NCBI GenBank assembly: GCA_964036045.1
Contig: OZ038379.1
Location: 65,472,001-65,536,000 of the forward strand
Source: Eutreptiella sp. 'Long Island Sound 2002'
Lineage: Eukaryota > Protista > Euglenida
Length of the DNA stretch: 64,000 nucleotides
Reading direction: 5' to 3'
The translations under genes were made by a program, and so were the position numbers. The notes under the pieces are model-generated. The model did not search any database. It worked only from the letters and a program-made list of their open reading frames with translations, and had not been told where the DNA came from. This document shows positions 60,016-64,000 of the stretch, one piece after another. Every line of letters begins with the position of its first letter. Within the stretch, counting starts at the first letter, position 1.

Positions 60016-61297
60016 TGGCATTTGACGCGATTCGCCCTGCCACCGGGCAATGCATGCACAAGTGAGGGCATTATGTGTACTCTAAGAGACGCCGCACCGA
60101 ATGGAACAGGAACCGGGTCCATTGGGGCCGGGCCCTCGGAATGTCGGGGGGGGTGGGGGCACAAGTTGGACTTTTTGGGGAGTTGTTGGCCTTTTTTGCC
60201 CATGCTGCGCCTAATTGGCTAGAATGAAAACCCTTGCAGTGCTGACTGATTCCATTTGACGTGTTGCGCCTTGCCAACAAGGTATGCATGCACAGGTGAG
60301 GGCATTATGTGTACGCCACGGGACACTGTAGGGAACAGAAAAGCAATTGGGTTCATCAGGCCGCGCACTTGGGGAACCGGGAGGCACAAGTTGGACTTTT
60401 TGGGGCGTTATGGGCCTTTTTTGCCCATACTCTATGGCATTAGATCGACATAGCAGGACAGAAGAAGGAGAAGCGGCAACGGGATAAGACATGGAAGGTA
60501 GAGAACGAGAAGAAGGAGAGGGAAGACAAGGAGAAGGAGCAGAAGGAGAAGCGGCCGAAGGATAACATTGTGCCGTCGGAGGAGAAGGCGGACAATGAGA
60601 AGAAGGAGAAGGAGAAGGAGAAGGAGAAGGAGAAGGAGAGGGAGGAGCACCCCACCCCCGCCGCCCTCATGGAGGAGCGGCTACTGCGCAGCATTCCTAG
60701 CGATGAGGTGCGGATCCCCCAACAGCCCTCATCCCCGCCTTTCGGCCTCCCAATAGGCCCACCGGATGAAGATTCTCCAGTTCCAAGCGTGAGAACCTCG
60801 ACACTACGGTGCCACAACGCTGCTTTTCAACGCCACTATTCCAGTCTCTACTCTCTACTTTCGTGCATGCCCATACTGCGCCTAGTCCATGGCAATGGGA
60901 ACGCCTGCAACACTGTCTGATGGCATTTGTCGTGAAGTGCCTTGCCAACGTGGAATGCATGCATAGCTGAGGGCATTATGTGCACACCAAGGGACGCCGG
61001 AGCCAATGGAAAAGAAATTAGGTCCATCGGCGACAAGCAGTGGGAGAACTGGAGGCCACAATATGGAGCCTTTGGAGGGTTATTGGCTTCCTTGCCAATA
61101 ATGCGCCTCGCTGGTGCAATGAAAACCCCTGCACCGCTGAGTGATGGTATTTGACGTGTTATGCCCTGCCCACGGGAAAGTCATGCACATTTGAGGGCAT
61201 TACGTGTGCGCTAGGGGACGTCCCAGCCAATGGAAAGGAATGGGTTCCATCGGGGACGGGTACTGGGAGAATTGGAAGGCACAAGCTGGACCCTTTG
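60016..61297 (+). repeat. Diverged about 230-bp repeat, four units (60016, 60251, 60921, 61145), split by a K/E-rich low-complexity insert
   Basis: Shared CATTTGACG..ATGCA..GAGGGCATTA(T/C)GTGT..CACAAG(T/C)TGGAC; unit 4 is cut by the transposon at 61298. Confidence 0.85.
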
Positions 61298-64000
61298 CCC
61301 TAGGTACACTTATGAAAAGTAATATTGTTCATAATTCATTTTTCATATATGAAAAATTCATATATGAACCATGAATTATGAACAGCCTTTATGAACGCCT
61401 CTTTGTCCACAAATTTTTTTATGTCTTACCCTTGCTCCATCTTCACGGAGCCGAACATGATGCTTGGTCGGCTGAGTGGTGCCACTAGTCTTCGGGACAG
61501 CTAGTGTTCCGACCTGTTGGACCAATGGATGTCATCGTCCCCCCTCATCCTGGCCCGTTTCACGTAGGCAATGGACCACAATCCCCTTCTGGCGGTCCAC
61601 AAAACCAAGGTGCAGGCCATCCGTACGTATGCGGAGGCCCTCTTTCCCGCACCCCATCTGATAGGGCTCCTGTTCGAATTGGGTGCACCTCGGTCCGGCT
61701 TCCGTGTGTTGTCTGAGTACATCACTTGCCGGTGTGACGCCTACACCGCCCGCAACGGGCTGCCCTTCCCACGGCCCATCCCCACACGGGACCAATTTGA
61801 CGCAACGTGGAAGTCATTGACCGCTCCGCTTGCGTTGTCCCCCCCCCCCGGTGGAATATGCCGACCCCCCTTTGTCGGGTTGCTGTTGGCCCCTACGGTC
61901 ATGGGCACAATACCTACACTCCCGGCCAGCCCTGTGCCAGTCTATTGACTGGACCCGCCCCCTCACCTTTCTTGTGCGGGGTGACGGGTGACCTTGCGCC
62001 GGTGGGAGTTGATCGCAGCTATCGGTGGGGCCATTGAACCATGGGGTAAACGCGCACACACCCCCCTTCCTATGGGGCATCGGCATGGCCGACGTAGGTG
62101 ACGAGGATATGGTTGCCATGGGCCATATTTGGGCTCAGGGGCGGCAAGTTGGTAGTGTGCATTTTCGTGTTCATAAGTTGTTCATAATTTGCGCGTTCAT
62201 AATTCGAAAAGTGCCGTCATAAAACGCCGTGCTGCCGATTTGTGAATTATGAACACGTTTTTTGAACACCAGTTATGAACAGGCTTTATGAACACAGGTC
62301 GTGCAATCCATTATTGACTGCAAAAAATTTTACTCTTGCGACAGCTCGGTGCCGGCAGCGGTCATCCTTGGTGGGGAGCAGCCGTGGCTGGCGGCTGATG
62401 GGCATCAGCGTGGCTCCCCAATTGGGAGCATTTTCAACGAGGCCGTGCGGGACAATATGGCCAAGCGGTTGAATGACGTCGCTGCTCGGAGGACAACTCA
62501 GTCGGATGCCAACAATCATTGTCGTTTTTCAGGTGACCCGCAAAAGTTTGGATGCGGCAGGATGCACCGGCGAGCCGTTGCTGGTCATAGCCAGAAACCG
62601 GGTATTTTTGTGCATTTTGCACTGTTGCATGGCCTTCGGGAGGCTTTTCATGGCCTTTTTGGAGGCGCAGGTGGGAAATCATCCCCTTGAGGTTGCCGGG
62701 GGGGGGTACAAAAAACCGGTGTGGCGTGTGGTTTGGGGCGCAGAACGCACCGGACCGGGAGGACCTGTTCTGGGACTGGGAGCAGATGGCTCCGCTGCCT
62801 GCATGCGTCGAGGAGGACCCACCGTGGCAAGCGGTTGTGGGGCTCTGATCATTGCTACGCACTGTGTACTAGCCCCTTCCGGTTGTGCCACGCCCTTCGT
62901 GCCGACTTGTTACTGCTGCGTTTCGGGAACACTGCTGCGGGGAGTCGGGGTCGCACTTTTTGTTGTTACTCGAAGAGGACTGTGATACAATGCTTGAGAG
63001 TGCGGATGCATGCGGGGTGGGATTGGCTGCCATGTCGGGGGATGTTGTGGAGAGCACAAATTTCATTTTTGAAGGAGGGATACAATGGGCATATTTCCAG
63101 GGGTGGGGGTGCGGGTAACAGTGCAGTGTAACGGGAAGGAATGGTCGTGTAGCACGTTTGGGAATGGTGGTTTCCAACCTTTGACCTGCCGTTGTTGCAC
63201 TATAACACCCCACACACCGCGGCGTGCACCGCCGCTTCTCCTCTGAGCACCACCCCCCAAGCACCCTCCACCCACGCGCCCTCTGCGACCCAGCTTTATT
63301 ACTCTTCACCCATCCATGGATTCCGCCGAGCTGAGGAAGCTGCTGGAGGAGAGTAACATGGCGACCTCGCCCTGGTGGTATGCTGCCTGTCGGCTGTCGT
63401 TCGCGTTCATATTGCGTTCATAATTTGGTGTTCATGGCCCCGTGGTTGAGGGGGGAGGCCGGCCATGCATGGGGCCTGAGCCACGCCAACTAGCGCAATG
63501 TGCTGACCCTCCCCTGGATGCAGGGAGCGCTAAACAGTGGGTACTCCCCCGATGCCCCCCTTTCTTCGAGCCCCGTGGTCACTTACATTGCCCTGCGCTA
63601 GGCAATTCGCCGTCTTTTGCGGCATCGCATCCGCAACAAGGGTGCGGGGGGGGGCCTGTCGGCACACAGGGGGGGCATCGGCATGGAAGCCCCTGCCGGG
63701 AAAGCCCTTGTCCCCCATCCCCGAACCAATTGGGGCTGGGGATTTGACGCAGCCCAAAATTTCTACGGGCCCACGGGGGGCCTTGACGCGGGGGTCCCAT
63801 TGAAAGCCGTGCTTCCTCCACTGGGAGGAAACGGCGTGGGTGAAGCTGCAGCGCTCCGGGCGCAAGTTGGAGTGCATACCCCAGTAGGAATCAATTTTCG
63901 CGGGGCTATATGTCCCGGGACAGGTGGCCTCGTACCAGGGGGCTGTCGAGCCATCCCATGAAGCCCCTTGGCCGGGCAGCCCCGGCCACCACCAGCACCA
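61298..64000 (+). mobile_element. RAG1/Transib-like transposon copy D (runs off the window end)
   Basis: Terminus CCCTAGGTACACTTATGAAAAG, transposase 61421-63356, ORF2 start 63316, internal deletion near 63436, then collinear with 45710-43300. Confidence 0.85.
61421..63356 (+). pseudogene. RAG1/Transib-like DDE transposase, copy D, with GT-AG intron 62148-62297
   Basis: FLVRGDG (Asp 61983-61985), VILGGEQPWL (62376-62378), GCTGEPLLVI..VFLCILHCC, GSHFLL, MSGDVVESTN (Glu 63050-63052). Removing the intron joins WAQGRQ to VVQSIIDCK in frame. Several stops and frameshifts. Confidence 0.8.

Noticed and set aside
1-64000. rRNA, tRNA or spliced-leader RNA genes
   Set aside because: None recognised by eye; a covariance-model scan was not possible.

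Overview
Repeat-dense eukaryotic genomic DNA. A euglenozoan (probably euglenid) origin is inferred, not proven: the tyrosine-recombinase retroelement has YR upstream of RT/RNase H as in VIPER/TATE, there is a WCPPC tryparedoxin/nucleoredoxin exon, genes have a polypyrimidine-AG just before the ATG, and there are degenerate CCCTAA tracts. Only two host coding regions are convincing: an intronless gene for a tandem stefin/cystatin-fold-like protein (26774-27346) and the first exon of a nucleoredoxin/tryparedoxin-like gene (30954-31133) whose remaining exons were not found. The rest is mostly decayed mobile DNA. The standout is a cut-and-paste transposon family present three times (11053-13395 deletion derivative; 41568-48290 full length with a nested insertion; 61298 to window end). 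Its reconstructed transposase carries RAG1/Transib-like D-D-E motifs, a second intron-containing ORF overlaps the transposase stop, and several introns and both subtermini are hairpins built from a GTTCATAA motif also present in the TIR. A second, non-coding family shares the same CCCT(A/T)GG terminus, and the flanks of both suggest a 2-bp CG target. All copies are inactivated; alignments and motif calls were made by eye.
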